A stretch of 64,000 bases of DNA from NCBI GenBank assembly GCA_013265495.1, contig MU057880.1, forward strand, positions 2,014,527 through 2,078,526. Reading direction: 5' to 3'. Below the pieces are notes generated by a model. That model did not search any database and was not told the DNA's origin. It was given only the letters and a program-made list of their open reading frames with translations. The position numbers were made by a program, and so were the translations under genes. This document shows positions 1-13,369 of the stretch, in pieces; position 1 is the first letter of the stretch, and every line of letters starts with the position of its first letter. The DNA is from Vicugna vicugna. Its lineage: Eukaryota.

Positions 1-1431
1 TTATATCTGAATGAGGCAGGAAGGAATAAAAGTTTCCTTGTCAAAAAATATTAATTTGGTCGCTAAGTTCATGAAGTTTTACGCAAATAGCAACAACAAA
101 AATTCAGCTCCAACTGCCTTAAAAATAAGATAAATATATTGGTTCATAGAATTATAAATCCAGAGTTCTAGTAGGACTGGGTTGACCCAATCACTCCGAT
201 TTTCTTTCCCTCAGTTTTAAGTTTAAGATGAATTCATACGATAGTAGAAACTGGTGCTTCCTGCAGCTGGGAAGAAAGCAGTTTTGTTGCGTCATTCCAA
301 GACGTCCTGAGGTTTATCCTCATTGGCTCGTGTAGGTCACATGGTCAGTTTTCATCCAATGCCTGAGTCCAGGAAAGAAGAAATACAGTGTTGGTTTGGG
401 ACTCACCACTAAAGCCGAGAGTTAGTGGATGTGTGGGTACCATTACCTGTCGGCGTTGGGGGGAGCGCAAAGCAGAGACATCGGCATGTCCACCAGAGTG
501 GATAAATATGGGGGGCAAAAGGTAACTCTAAGAAAGGGGAAATTCTATGACTTTATAAAGAAAATTGCTTTCTCTCACCTTAGAAACATTTACATTGATT
601 TGATCACTTCGATATAATTTGCTATGACTCTGGCCTCCTGTTTGTGTCAAAGGCTGTTCCTTGAACTTTGTGTAAATTCCGATAACACCGTAAACGCAGT
701 TGGAACGGCATCACTTCCTCCTACGTGCACAGCTCAAGAAAAGTTCAAGGCCACGAAAGTGTTTTGAGGCCCAAATAAACCCTGAGAGGCCCTGAATACC
801 GGCTCTGTTCTCAGCCGTTTTATAACATCATAAATAGTTCTGTGTTTGATACCGCCAATGAGTTCCATGAAAGAATTTTTAGCCCACAAACATTCTTGTT
901 CAGCATTCTCCTTTCGGCAGCCCTAATTAGGTTTTTTTTTATAGGACTATGCTAAAATACATTGTGGTTGGATTGCTATTTTTAAAACTTAAACAAAATG
1001 TTATGTCGTAACGGAACAACAAGATTTTTGTTTTTGCTGTCGGTTGTTTTTCATTTGTTTTGCGTGCATCCCCTCACCCAGCACTAAAACAGCCGTGTCT
1101 GGACGGTATAGTTTTAATGACAGATTTTTGTTGCTCTGTGCCATGTATGGATGAGTGAATGCGTTAAAGTCGTAGCCAAAAAATGTTTTTCAGGTGGTGA
1201 CATTAAAGCAAAAATTCCAGTTTGAGTTCATCGTATTTCACCTATGGATCAAAGTTACTTACAGAAATAAGGAACCCAATCCGCTGAAGTCTTGAAAGTT
1301 AACTTGAAGTTTGCACGATCTGTAGAATTCATTATTAATTTTAGAAAAGTACTTCTGTCAGATCATACACAAAAGCCTCATTCAGATGTGCTATTAACAT
1401 TCCTTTCCACTGGAATGCATCTCAGAGCCGA

Positions 1432-2109
1432 TGTTAACGGCAAGAAGTCCTGGTACCATTAGCGGCGAGATAATTTATAGAGATAAAAACGTATGTTTTG
1501 TTCTCTCTCCTATAGAAGATTCCTAAAGTATGAGAGCTATTTTCTTTCTCTTGCGCTCAAACCCCCTTTGAAATGTTTTGCTGGGTTTCGAGTCCGGGAG
1601 GCAGAAAGAGGCCCTCACCCTGGGGTCAGATATAATGGGTTTTGGATTAAACTGTCATAAATTGAAGGGTGTGGCTCTGAAGTTAGCGGCAAATTAAGGC
1701 TGAAAAGGTCTAAACTGCTAGACAATTTCTCTGAGGTGAACGATAGAGATGGGTGTTCTGTTTATTGGATTTGATTATTTTTCACGAGAGTAGCGAGGAG
1801 AGGGGTCCTTTATAAGGCAGGGAAAGATACAGAAGGACACGAGAGAGAACAGAAGCCAGAACAGGGTGGCGTGGGGCCTTGGCGGGATGGACCACCCTAA
1901 GCACACGACCCCGGGGTCTGCGCAAAGATGTGCTCGGGCTCGCGTGGACGAATGCAGCTGCTCACATCTGGAAGGCCGTCTGACTCAGGAGATGACTCGT
2001 GCCCGGGACACGGGCATACTTTAGCTCGTTTTCCCAGCATTGCTAAGATCTCCAGTCCATGGAGTGAAAGGGGAGGGGCCCTCAAGATAAGACAGAATTG
2101 AATTTCTCA
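1432..2109 (-). mobile_element. Possible ERV LTR (boundaries uncertain)
   Basis: On the minus strand: TG start at 2109, CpG-rich U3-like segment, TATAAA (1814-1809), AATAAA (1766-1761), possible CA ends at 1737 or 1432. No clear TSD. Confidence 0.35.
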
Positions 2110-3379
2110 CCCCCTGGGCAAAGCGAGGGCGTAGATTCAATTTAATTTTCCAAAATAAGGCACAGTGGACTCTCCTTATGCCTTCCTTACAACTGTTGAG
2201 TGGAAATCACACTCTCCATTTGTTACCATACCTTGGTCAGTGCCACAGTCCAGCTGACACCAATATCAAATTTCTCTTTCAGTTGCCGTATTTCCAAATA
2301 TTAAAATAGTTCCCTTCTTCAAATTCTAAACAGGGAACAGAAAAAGAAAGAATTACGTAGCTAAAATGTGTCCGCCAACAGTAAAGCCCGCTTTAAAGCA
2401 GAAACACAATGAAATGGAAGCAGCATGTATTGCATGAGGAGGGCAACCATCCCAGGTAAGGGCCACCTTTCGAACGCTTGACTTCCAAGCAGCTTCTAGA
2501 GTTCGAAAGAAATATCGGACCTTCTCAAATAGCATTCTTTGCAAGTGTACACAGTAACCAGGCTACTTGCTTTCCAGTTATGATAATGGCAAGGTACTGG
2601 GAGAAGGCTAAGTTTAGCTAGAGTAAAATTCACACGGCTCAGGTTTCTCTATAGATTAGCAAGGGATTTGGGGTCTCACGGAAACACACATCCACGGCAT
2701 TCTTTAAATGGTGTTTTTGTGTTTACTCTTCACTACGTTGGGTGTATAAATCTCAAAGCAGCTTTCAAAATCCAGCCATGTTTCGGAATTATTTAATGAG
2801 TTGCCAAAAAAATATGAACAATAAACTTCGATCATTAATCTTGAAATCGTCTAGTGGAATGCCTCTCTGTCCCTCCGCTAAGACATGAACCTTGCCCAGA
2901 AGGACGGATGGCAGGAACTGGATATTGGTCAGGTGCCTCCAGGCCTCCAAATTCCACAGTCACAGATCCAAATGCAAGTGATGTGGGGAGAACCCGCATG
3001 AGGAACCAGAGGAGGTGAGGGAACAAGCCCAGGAGGGCGCAACTTCTGAGGAGTCCCGGAGTCAACCTGGCCCTTCTGAGAGCTCAGGAACAGAGGTCCC
3101 ACCTCCGAGCCAAGGATCTGGGCTTCCGAGACCCCCACAGTCAGTGCCTGGCCTCACGCTGCCCTGACAGGACGGGACGTGAAGTGGGGGCCCTCCCAGG
3201 ACCATGTCGGTGTCCAGATACCTCCTCTGAAGCGACTCAGGCATGATCGCGCCACATAAAATCACATCAGAGTTGAAGGATAGGCCCACAGAACTATATA
3301 TTAGTTGATTATATATAGATTATAGGACATATATAAAGTGTATACAGAGAGAAATATTCATAAAGCCTCAAAATACACA

Positions 3380-5450
3380 GAGCCAAATTTAATAGAACTA
3401 TGAGGAGACAATAACAAATTTTAAGCACTTTTTTTCACAGATTATGTTCACCAATCACATACAGTAAAATAAATCAATAATGTGACTGAAACATTATGCC
3501 ATACACCAGAAATTCACACAACGTTGCAAACTGACTATACTTCAACAAAAAACGGAAAAAGTTTAGGAACTTAAGAAATGGTTGGCTACACACATACACA
3601 GACGAGCACATGCATATTTATATATTTAAATGTTAACTAGGTAATTCAGAGAAAACTAAGATACACATTCTCCCTTGTGAACAGTTCTGGGAGTGGTTTG
3701 CATCTTAAAAACAGAAAGAAAGAAAGTAATAAAAAAAAAAACCATGTCCCTAATACAATGACAGCCAAACACCCCATGAATTTGGATTCCAGAAGTCACA
3801 TTCCTAAATAGTTTTAGGTTATGGAATAAATTAAAAATAAACTTAAGAGCATTTATAGCTAAACTTCAACAAAAATCTATATAAAATGTGTGGCCTGCTC
3901 CAGTACTCAGGGAGGAATTTATAGCTTTGGATGCATTTGGAAAATATGAATGGTTGGAAACACATGGAATAAACATTTAAATCAAGAAGTTTTGGAAAGA
4001 ACAACAAAATAAATCCAAGGAAAATAGAAGGAAGGAAATTACTGGAGAGAAAAGAAGAAATGGATGAAGTACAATCGCACACATCAAATCAATAAAAATA
4101 AATTGATTCTTTGAAAGGCTAACAAAATTAAAAACCTCTGTTAAGTGTGATTAAAAAGAGAGAAAACATGAGTAAATATCCCTAAGATTAAAAGTGATGT
4201 GGATAATCATAGAGATTTTAGATGTCCCAAGACATTATTTCACACATAGTTGTCATTAATTTTAAAATCAAATACAATGGATAATTTCCTAAAGAAAAAT
4301 GTTATCAAACTTTATCTGAGACAGAAAAAAGATCTGAATAGACAAATACGTCCTTTTTTTTAAAAATATGCTCAGAGTCGTAAAAACTGTAAGTGTCCCT
4401 AAACCTACCATCAGTAGCACAAGGCTGGATCTGTTTCATGGGTGTTTTAGAAAAGTCAAAGAACCCTTAACTCCAGCCTTGTTTAATTTCTTCCAGAGTC
4501 TAGAAAGAAATATAAAGACTCTCAATGCATTTTATGAGAATAGTGTAATCTTGGCATGAACAGACTATGGATGACATAAGAAAATGATATTATTGGTCAG
4601 TCTCATTTATAAATACAGATATAACAATTCACATAACTCTTGAAAGACTATACTAAATAAAAAGACATAAGCTGAAAACAATGCATCACAGACAAAAACA
4701 GCTTATCTCAGGTATCATTTCAAGTTAGAAAATCTTTTAACATAGTAATTATGTAATAGTTCATCAGATAAAAACAATATAATCGGGTCAATAGTTGCAA
4801 ACTGGGACAATGAGTTTATTCAGCATTTTAGCCTGGCAAAATCTCTAAATGTTAAATTCCAACTACACCATTAGTTTAGCAGAGGATGGGAAATAAATTC
4901 TTTCTTACAATATCAGCAGGAGTGTAAATTGATATAGTCACTCTGTACAAAAATTGTATTAGCAATTAATTTTTTAACTGCATAAAGAGTGCTCTCTGTA
5001 GTATTTACTACACAGAGTCATTCTCCCACAAATATGAGAACATATAAACAAGAATGTTTATTTTAGCACTGTTTGAAATAATGAACATTTTGAAACAATA
5101 CAAATATTCTTCATTAAATAAAATGTAATACATGCATATGATGAAATAATCTGGGTATCTAAGTGAATAGCTCTCAAAAAACCTAATGCTGTGAGTGATG
5201 TGTATAGTTAGACAGCATTTGTGTAAATTTAAAGACATTAATATTTGTACGTTTTTTCTTTAAAATATTATTAAATTCTTTTTGAAAAATGCCACCAAAC
5301 TGACAGTCGCAATTGCCTCTAGGTATAACTGCAGAGGAACAAGATGAAGGCTTAGACGTGATGATGCTCTCAAGTTTACCTTTAAGGTTGTAACTTTTTT
5401 CCGAAGACAAAGTATTCATATATTATTTATTGATAAAAAGAATTAAGTAA
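3380..5450 (+). mobile_element. Old degenerate L1 (L1M/L1ME-like ORF2 and 3' fragments) with a short younger L1 tail at ~3481-3560
   Basis: A-rich strand with decayed ORF2-like motifs (gattctttgaaaggctaacaaaatt, aatgcattttatgagaatagt, agcaggagtgtaaattgatatagtcactctg). Confidence 0.6.
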
Positions 5451-5681
5451 ACAAAACTGAAAACAAATATGCTGGAAGGTTAAAATGATTTAATTCTCAG
5501 TGTTGGGATGTAAGTAATTATCATATTTCCTTTACCATTTTTCTGGTTTTCTGCCTTGGACCTCTCTCTCTCTCAGCCCATCTCTCTCATAGACACACAT
5601 GCACACACACAAGCACACATGCACCTAAAAGCATACTATAGGGAGACAATTCAAGCTTCCAATGAAAAGGGTTTCATATAG

Positions 5682-6040
5682 TGCAATGTTGTCAGTGTCT
5701 TTTCCCCCCAAAATTCACGTGTTGAGATGTTGACATTGTAATCCTCACATGAAGGTGTTTGGTGATGGAGGTTTTGGGGAAGTGATAGGTCAGGAGGATG
5801 GGGCCCTCACAAATGGGATTAGTGGTTTTACACCAGAAGGGGAGACCCAGCCATCTGTCCTGTTGCCACATGCAGTCCCGCAGGAAGAGCCCACTGTGAA
5901 CCAGGAGGAGGGCATCACCCAGAACCCGGTGTGCTGGCACAGTGACCTCAGACCACCAGTCTCCAGAACCATGGGCAGTGTGTTGTGTAAACCTCCCCGT
6001 CTATGGTCATCTGCTGAAGCGGCCAGAGCTGACCAAGGCA
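5682..6040 (+). mobile_element. MaLR LTR (MLT1A-like)
   Basis: ccccaaaattcacgtgttga...ggggccctcacaaatgggattagtg...gaccaccagtctccagaaccatg...ctatggtcatctgctgaagcggccagagctgaccaaggca resembles the MLT1A consensus. Confidence 0.8.
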
Positions 6041-7044
6041 CATGCTAGAGATATCATCTGGGCGCATTGTCAGAGCCAGAAAAATGCTGCTTCCAGTCCC
6101 TTGTCCCTGGATGGCGAGCGAAAATTAACAGGGACCACTTGACATGCACACAGTGGGAGCTGTTTCCTGGTTTGATCTCTAACTTGAGGGGTTCTCTGGA
6201 GAGTTCTGATTAAGTCCAGGGGAGGCAGGGGAGGGAACAAAACAGGAGGCTTCAGGATGCTGAGCTTTGGAGCACACAGGTGTGGATGTCCCAGAGGGTG
6301 CTCAGGAAACAGGCGGGCAGGCAAGGACTGGAGCTGCTCACGGGGAGGGGAGCGACCACACCGAGGACTTGGGGCCAGGCTGCGGTGTGGGTGGCGGCGG
6401 CTTGTGGATGCAGGGCTGGGTATCCTCGCATCCCGGGAGGCTCTGCACAGGCCAAGGCCCTGGACGGGCAGGGACTTGGCCTGTGCAGACGGAGTTCCGT
6501 TCAGCCTGAATAACATGTGAATCCAAAGGCACGAGACTGAGTGAAGAGTGAGGGGAAGGGGTGTGCTTCCTTCCCAAACCACTGGCAGGGAGGAAAGAGG
6601 AGCTGTTCCTGAGGATAGAATGATGGGGCAGGGCAGGGACAGGCCATTTACAAGATGGGGCGAGCAAACCCAAGGTATACACAAGAATGGGGGGTTTTCA
6701 ATGACTTGAATGTAAATAAATAAATGGAGCAATCTGCTGAGAAGAGGTTTTCCCCCCTATGGGCCATCTGGTTCCTGTCAATTAGCACACCCTTATTTTA
6801 TTTGATCTTTAAATAGGCATTCCCTCTAAGACCTCAAGCGTAACCTTCATGTGAAACTGTTTCAGAAAGACATAAAGTAGGTGCCTCGTAGGACTTCCCA
6901 GAGGGCAAAAATGTAGTGTGTCTTAGTTGCAAATAAAACACCAATTAATGGTATGCACTATATATATGTATATACACGCATATACATGCATATATACCTA
7001 TATTGACCTAAACCTATTCACACACATAATACACATTCATATAT

Positions 7045-7415
7045 GTTTTTTTTTAATTTAGATTGTATTATTACTTATTTTTCTTTCTTTTTTACTGAAG
7101 TATGATCAGTTTACAATGTTGTGTCAATTTCTGGTGTACACCATCATGTTCTGGTCATACATGAACATACATATATTCCTTTTCATGTTTTTTATTGTAG
7201 GTTACTTCAAGATCTGAATATAGTTCCTTGTGCTGTACAGTAGGTCCTTGTACAGTATTTTATATATAGTAGTGTGTATCTGCTGATCCCAAACTCTCAG
7301 TTTATCCCTTCCCACCTCTTTTCCCCCCTGGTAACCATAAATTTATTTTCTGTCTGTAAGTCTGTTTCTGTTTAATAAATAAGATCATTTGTGTCTTTTT
7401 TTTTAGATTACACAC
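7045..7415 (-). mobile_element. L1 3' end (lineage-type L1)
   Basis: Reverse complement of the L1 3'UTR seen at 21000-21360 (ttactgaagtatgatcagtttacaatgttgtgtcaatttctggtgtac...ctggtaaccataaattt). Confidence 0.8.
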
Positions 7416-8359
7416 ACACATATATAATGATATTTTAAAAATCTAATGTCTTCCCAGCATTATATTTATGTTGTGTGATTAACAAATGTGTCTTCAGTAA
7501 ATGGACAAATATTGTGGCTATAATATAAGATATATTGCCTTAAGGAACATTAAAGATGGCTTTATTACTTAGAGGTTGGCCTCATACATTTTTAATATGA
7601 ATTCAGAATGTAACACATTATCATTTATACAGAATTGACTTAATCAGATATTTTGATTAATTGAGAATAACCATTATGTTCAGTAGTTGGATTATCAACC
7701 TTCAAAGAATTAGAATACAATGAAATACGTCAACATGACAATTCTATGGAATGTAATTTAGTGTTCTTTCTACATTTCAGAAAGAATTGCGGAATCATGC
7801 ACTTTTCCAGGATGATAATTTTGGGCATTAATCATCTATTAGCACCATACACGCAGGAGCTGTAAGAGGTTGGACAGCACATGTATTATTGCCACACACG
7901 CGTGAGCGGATGAGGCTTGATTTATACAGCATGTTTAATCTAGCCAGGAAATTCTTTTACTTATTCTTTTCTTTTTAAATTCTGAAATCTCATTTTTTAA
8001 GTTCTCTTTTTATATGGATAAATGTAAAAGCTGACCTTTCACTATGTGGATTCTGCATTAGGGGCCTTCCATCACCCACAACCTAATTCTTAAATCACGG
8101 ATCCTCCAAGTAAATATTCTAAGGGTACCCTGACACATTCCAAGTATACTTTAATATGCATTTTCTGGTTCCTGCTACTGCTCCTCTCCTTAAATTGTGT
8201 TATATTCAAGACTGATCTCCAATGATTATGGATGTCAGTGTATTTTTTTAGCCAAACACCCATTATGCTAATAAAAAAAAAATTGGAAAACCGAAACTGC
8301 TTTGGAAGTAGTTTTCTCATGAGAGCTGATGCAGACATAGTAACAGCCGTAGGAGGTAG

Positions 8360-8600
8360 AGATAATAATGATTGTGATTTATTGCACACTTACTATGTGC
8401 TGGGTACCTGCTGAGAGCTTTACATTAAATGACACATTAAATCCTCATAATCATAGTAGGAGGTTGTCATCATCACCCATGTTTTCTAAATGGGGAAACT
8501 GAGGCTCAGGATGTTTTAAAAAACAATTGCCGAGATTTACACTCGTAAATGGAAAGCTGAATAGACAGCTCCTTCCAAGTCCTAGCCTGTAACCACTCTA
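8360..8600 (-). mobile_element. MIR SINE
   Basis: Core motif atggggaaactgaggctcag and atttattgcacacttactatgtgctggg. Confidence 0.7.
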
Positions 8601-11279
8601 AAAGACAGACTTAACATATTGCAGTCGATAATTCTTATAGTATTTTTACTCCCTCTTTAAAAATTGGGTAATTGAGAAAAAGACTCTTTGACAAGGTTTG
8701 CGGGGTTGTGCACGCACGGTAACCCACACGTGCTCCTTCCAGCCTAGACGTCCTTCTCCCCTCGCCTGCCTCCCTCTGGATTCTCATACAGGACTGGCTC
8801 TTGACGTAGTGGAGACCCTTGGATCATTTCTGTGTGATGCACGTCCTATCTACACCCTTTAGGAAATTCCTCATTTTCATTTGGACACTGAAGTTACTTC
8901 GCTGGAAATTCAAACGCTTCCAAGATGCCAGTGGACTGATTGGAGACTCAAGCGATCTTTGCATGAAAGGGCTTTTGAGTACAACACAAATGAATAAAGC
9001 AGAGAAGGGCAGATGTGTTCAGAAAGAGGCTTTTTAATAGTCCGCGGTGAAATTTATCAGACATTCCCTCTTAATGAGTTCTATGTCATATTCTCCCCAT
9101 TAATACATTAAAGATCATCTTTGCAGCTGACCAACCTGCAGATCGTTAGATTTATTTTTAAAATGCGTAAGTTTGTTAGTAAGGAGGGAGATCTGATGTT
9201 TCGGTGGTTTCTAAAATCTCTGTGGCGTGAGGTCCTGGTCCTGGAAGAGAAGGGCTAGAGTGTGTACTATGTTAAGTGTCCTGTTCCTCCTGCTACATTT
9301 CCAGCTCCAATGAATGCTTAAAAGAACATCCCTTGAGAACATACAATAAACGTAGCTGAGCTTTCCAAAAGCTAAAATCATTTACCTCTTCCTCTTGTTT
9401 ACCATTTTGCAAAATGAGGTTTCTGTTCCGTGTCAGCCGGGACACAGGGTGAGGCAATGTTAATTGACTAATAAAACCTGTTTGATGAGGTAATTGGGGA
9501 AGGACCTGCCATTTGACTGCATTCTTGCTAAATCTTAGAGAGGTCCGACTCCTTCTGGTCACCTCCCTGTGATCATCTTAATGGAACAGCCACTGCCTCG
9601 GGCTGCAAATTGGGATTTACTGAAAATTGTTTCAAGGTATAGGATTAAGATCAGATGGGAGTTTCAGTTAAGAAACAAACACTAGGTGAAGTGTGTTACC
9701 TCATCAGCAAAGGAACATTTTTGCTTTGCTGTTCATTATCCTCTCAGCAATGTGAACTAGGAAATAAAATTCCAATAACACCTTAATATTTTTTATTGAA
9801 CTGTTTCTGCACCTTATAATGCCTGATTTCTGTAACAGTTCATGTCTAGCTTCCAAATTCTAGGACCTCTAGAAAATTGGCCTTTTGTTTTTCTACATTC
9901 AAGTATTTCTTATTTTTCTGTCTTTTCTTTTCAGGCAAATGATTGATTTTCGTCCTTTCTCTTACGCTTTTTAATGATACGCAGTGTGTGTTCTGATTTG
10001 TACCAAGGTGGTTTGTCTAATTAGCATACTTTCTGTTCTTACACTCTTGACTTACCATTTAAGAGTCTATCCTTCCTTATGCATTTTATTCGTCCTAACA
10101 ATTTTTCGCTAACACAATACCTTTAACATATTAAGCACTCAGTAAGCATTTACTGTTTTACAATTTTTTTGTTCAGTAGAGAAGATTTCGAAAGAACTGT
10201 TTTGGGTGTGATCCTTGAGTGTGAGAAATTTAAAAATATTTACAGGAGTGAAAATGCAATTATTGTCTGGAATACAGAAATTCCAACTGGAACAGAATTT
10301 ATTAATTTTCTCCTTGCTCTTGCTGGTTAAGGACAAAATTAAATAATGCGTATGTATATATATGTATGTGTATATATACATATGTAGAGAAAATATAAAA
10401 TATATTAAATGCAAAATATCAAGTTTATATGTATATATGTAAATATTGAAATTATAACCAACCCTGAGTATGGTATCCACATTATCCACTAATATTAATC
10501 ACAAGAAAATCTGTAAAGTATATTTGCCCAATTGACGTGTCTAATGCCTTGAAGAACTCAACCCTACCCTCTTAAAAGGTTAAGACTAGCTTCATAAAAA
10601 AGGGTGGAGGGGTAGTTAGGGAATGCCAAATTAATGATATACTGTGTAAACATATGCATTTAATTAGAAAATATAGTTGGAATAAATCTGCTTTTCTAAA
10701 GCAAAGTAATAATATTCTAACAAGAAATCTTGATTAAAGGTTATAAAAAAGATTTCAAACTACTTGTCATCTCAGTCTTGGTACTTTAAAATTTTATATC
10801 CAACTATTTGTGCAGACTGAAATTCCCCTTACTACAGATGATAACTGAGTTGTTTTTAGAGCAGCTGAGCTTGAACACTGCACGTTTTTTGGGCTATATT
10901 AATTTCATTAGTCAATAGAGATGAAAGCATAAGCCTGAAAAACACGTAATGTTGAGTCAAAACGTATTAGTTAAAATAAACATTTAAAGACACAGCATCC
11001 AAGACCAGCCCACTTCAAAGAACTAATGAGACTTAAAATTAACCACTTACCCAAAAGGAAAGGTACCTGACCGAACTCAGAACTGCCATCACTGCTAAGT
11101 GTGATATACAAAGGTCAGCTTCAGTCTGATTGGAGTTTAAGATGCGGGCAGTGTGAGAAATGACTACAAAATAAGTTAAACATCTAACGAGGAGAATTTT
11201 ATGCGTCAGAGAAAGGTATTTTTTATAGTTCATTGGCAACACAAAGGTCTAAAAATGTTTGAGCAAAATGCTGTGACCA

Positions 11280-12180
11280 CAGCTTTATTTTAAAGAAACT
11301 AATGCCATGACAGGTAAATTAAAAATGGAGTACTAGGGACTGGATCATGAACCAAAAAGAAAAAGAAAAAGAAAAAGCAAGACAATTGGCAAATTTGAAT
11401 AAAGTCTCTAGATGATAGTATTTTGTCAATGTCAGTTTCTCCATCTGGGTACCTGGTACCAGGGTGGCTCTGAAAGGAGGTCTTGGTTTAGGAAACATAC
11501 AGTGAAGTGTGTTAATATAAGGGAACACCATCGTATCTGCAACTTTAGTGTCTCATGCACGCACACACACACACACAGTAGGAGGGAAAATAAAATACGT
11601 GTGATAAAATACTAATGTTTGGAGAAACTGGATGAATGGTGCACAAAAATTCTTTGTAATATTTTTGCATGTTTTTAAGTCTGACACAATGTCAAAAAAG
11701 GTTTTAAAAAAGCAAAGTAATATGTCAACATACAACAGGTTATAGGAAGACCAGGCTGTGAGAGGATCATAAAAAGCTACCTTCGAGGCGTTTGGAAGGA
11801 CATTTGGGAGAAACCACTGGAATTGAAAACGTATACATCTTTCAACTCAGCACCTCAAATTGTGGCATCTGCCTGACAGAAATAGCCATGTACGTGCACA
11901 AAAATATTTATTGCAATTAACTTATTTTGTAGTAGAAAGGAAAAACAATCAAAATTTCTGTTTAAAAAGAAGCGAAGCTCAGCCACATTCATGCTATATA
12001 GAAGGATAGCCAAAGATAGGCTTATAAACATCCAGGATGTGCCCACATAGGAAGATCTCTGAAACATATTAAATGAAAAATAAACAAATTGTAAAACTAT
12101 ACATCCAGTAGATTCCCATTTACATTAAACCCCATTATGTTCAATTATGTTTCATATTTAAAAAGTAGACAGAGGCTGTA
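11280..12180 (+). mobile_element. Old L1 3' fragments (L1MC/ME-like)
   Basis: ggactggatcatgaacca...aattggcaaatttgaataaagtct...; aaaccactggaattgaaaacgtatacatctttcaactcagcac. Confidence 0.55.
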
Positions 12181-13369
12181 AATGCCCCGAGTGAGTCTGG
12201 ATGTTCACAAGACCCTGGCGACCTCTGGGGACTGGGCGAGAGTTTGAAGAGAAGAGACTGTGATGGCAATGTGAAGTCCTTCCTCACTTTTAACACATTT
12301 GTTCGTTCTTTAATCCATCCAGGTATTCACGTATTACTTAGCAATTAAAAAAGGAACATCACAAAGCAAGTTGAAAAATAAGAGTTATAAAGGAGTGGGG
12401 TTGGGGACCACTGTCACAGTCTGATGACTGGGAAAGGGACACGGATTTCCGGTGGCCTCCCCAGAAGGAGAGGAGGTGGCAGGTGTGAGAGAGAATCTCT
12501 ATGACTGGACCGTGTGGGAAAGGAAGGCAGATTTAACACAGGTGACCGGAACAGTGATGACTCTATCAGAAACAGAAAATGAAAGAAACAACCAAATTGT
12601 AAGGAGATCTTTTTTTTTTAATTTTGGAAACAACGAATTTGAGATGCTGATATCCAGGTAAATATACTGCACGTTTCCTAGAAAGACATACTATTTGAAG
12701 TACACAGATCAGGACTACCCTGGGGTTAAGTAACTAGACTCTCGAGGTAACAATATGAAGCAACTGTTAGCGGACACCAACTGGACTTCGTCATGGTCAC
12801 CATGGAATGTTCCATTTGCAGCTATATATGCGCACTTAATCCTGGGACAGCCATTTGTATGTATTTGGGTATTAAAATTGATCTTAAGAGGCTACAATAT
12901 CATATTACAGAAAGTAATTAATTCACATTATTTTCAAGAAATAAATCCTCTATAATGAGACCTGTCTTCCATCTGGTACCTTTCCCGCTTCAACTCTGGT
13001 TCTAAAACAAACTCCCTGATATGAGTGAAATTTGAAAGAATAAAGAAAAGAGATTATAAGCAAATATAATGATTTTAAATACAAATTTTAAATGGTCTAA
13101 GTCTTATTCAAGACATTTTCTTTTTTCCTATCACAGTTCCATTAAGATGTTTTTGCCCTGGATCCTAGCAAGATTTTGAAACCCATCAAATATAGTTTTG
13201 GGGGGGAATTTAAAAACTACTCAGATGGCTGAGATTTTGCAATTAGAGGGTGCTGAAGGACTGTGGAGGATTAGATACATTTCATTTTTTAAAGATTTAG
13301 CAATCAGTGATTTTGTAAAAAATTAGTCTTCAACAAAATAGCACTGAATTATGCATGGCAATTGGCACA

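Noticed and set aside
6070..6732. 220-aa minus-strand ORF and overlapping ORFs
   Set aside because: GC-rich patch open in many frames, Pro/Leu/Ser-rich, with no domain or exon context.
1..13300. Search for GRIA2 exons, retrogenes or NUMTs downstream of GLRB
   Set aside because: I recognised no coding, mitochondrial or RNA-gene sequence, only repeats and unique non-coding DNA.
13362..13368. miR-96-type seed match GTGCCAA on minus
   Set aside because: Lies about 20 nt past the candidate AATAAA, at or beyond the likely cleavage site.
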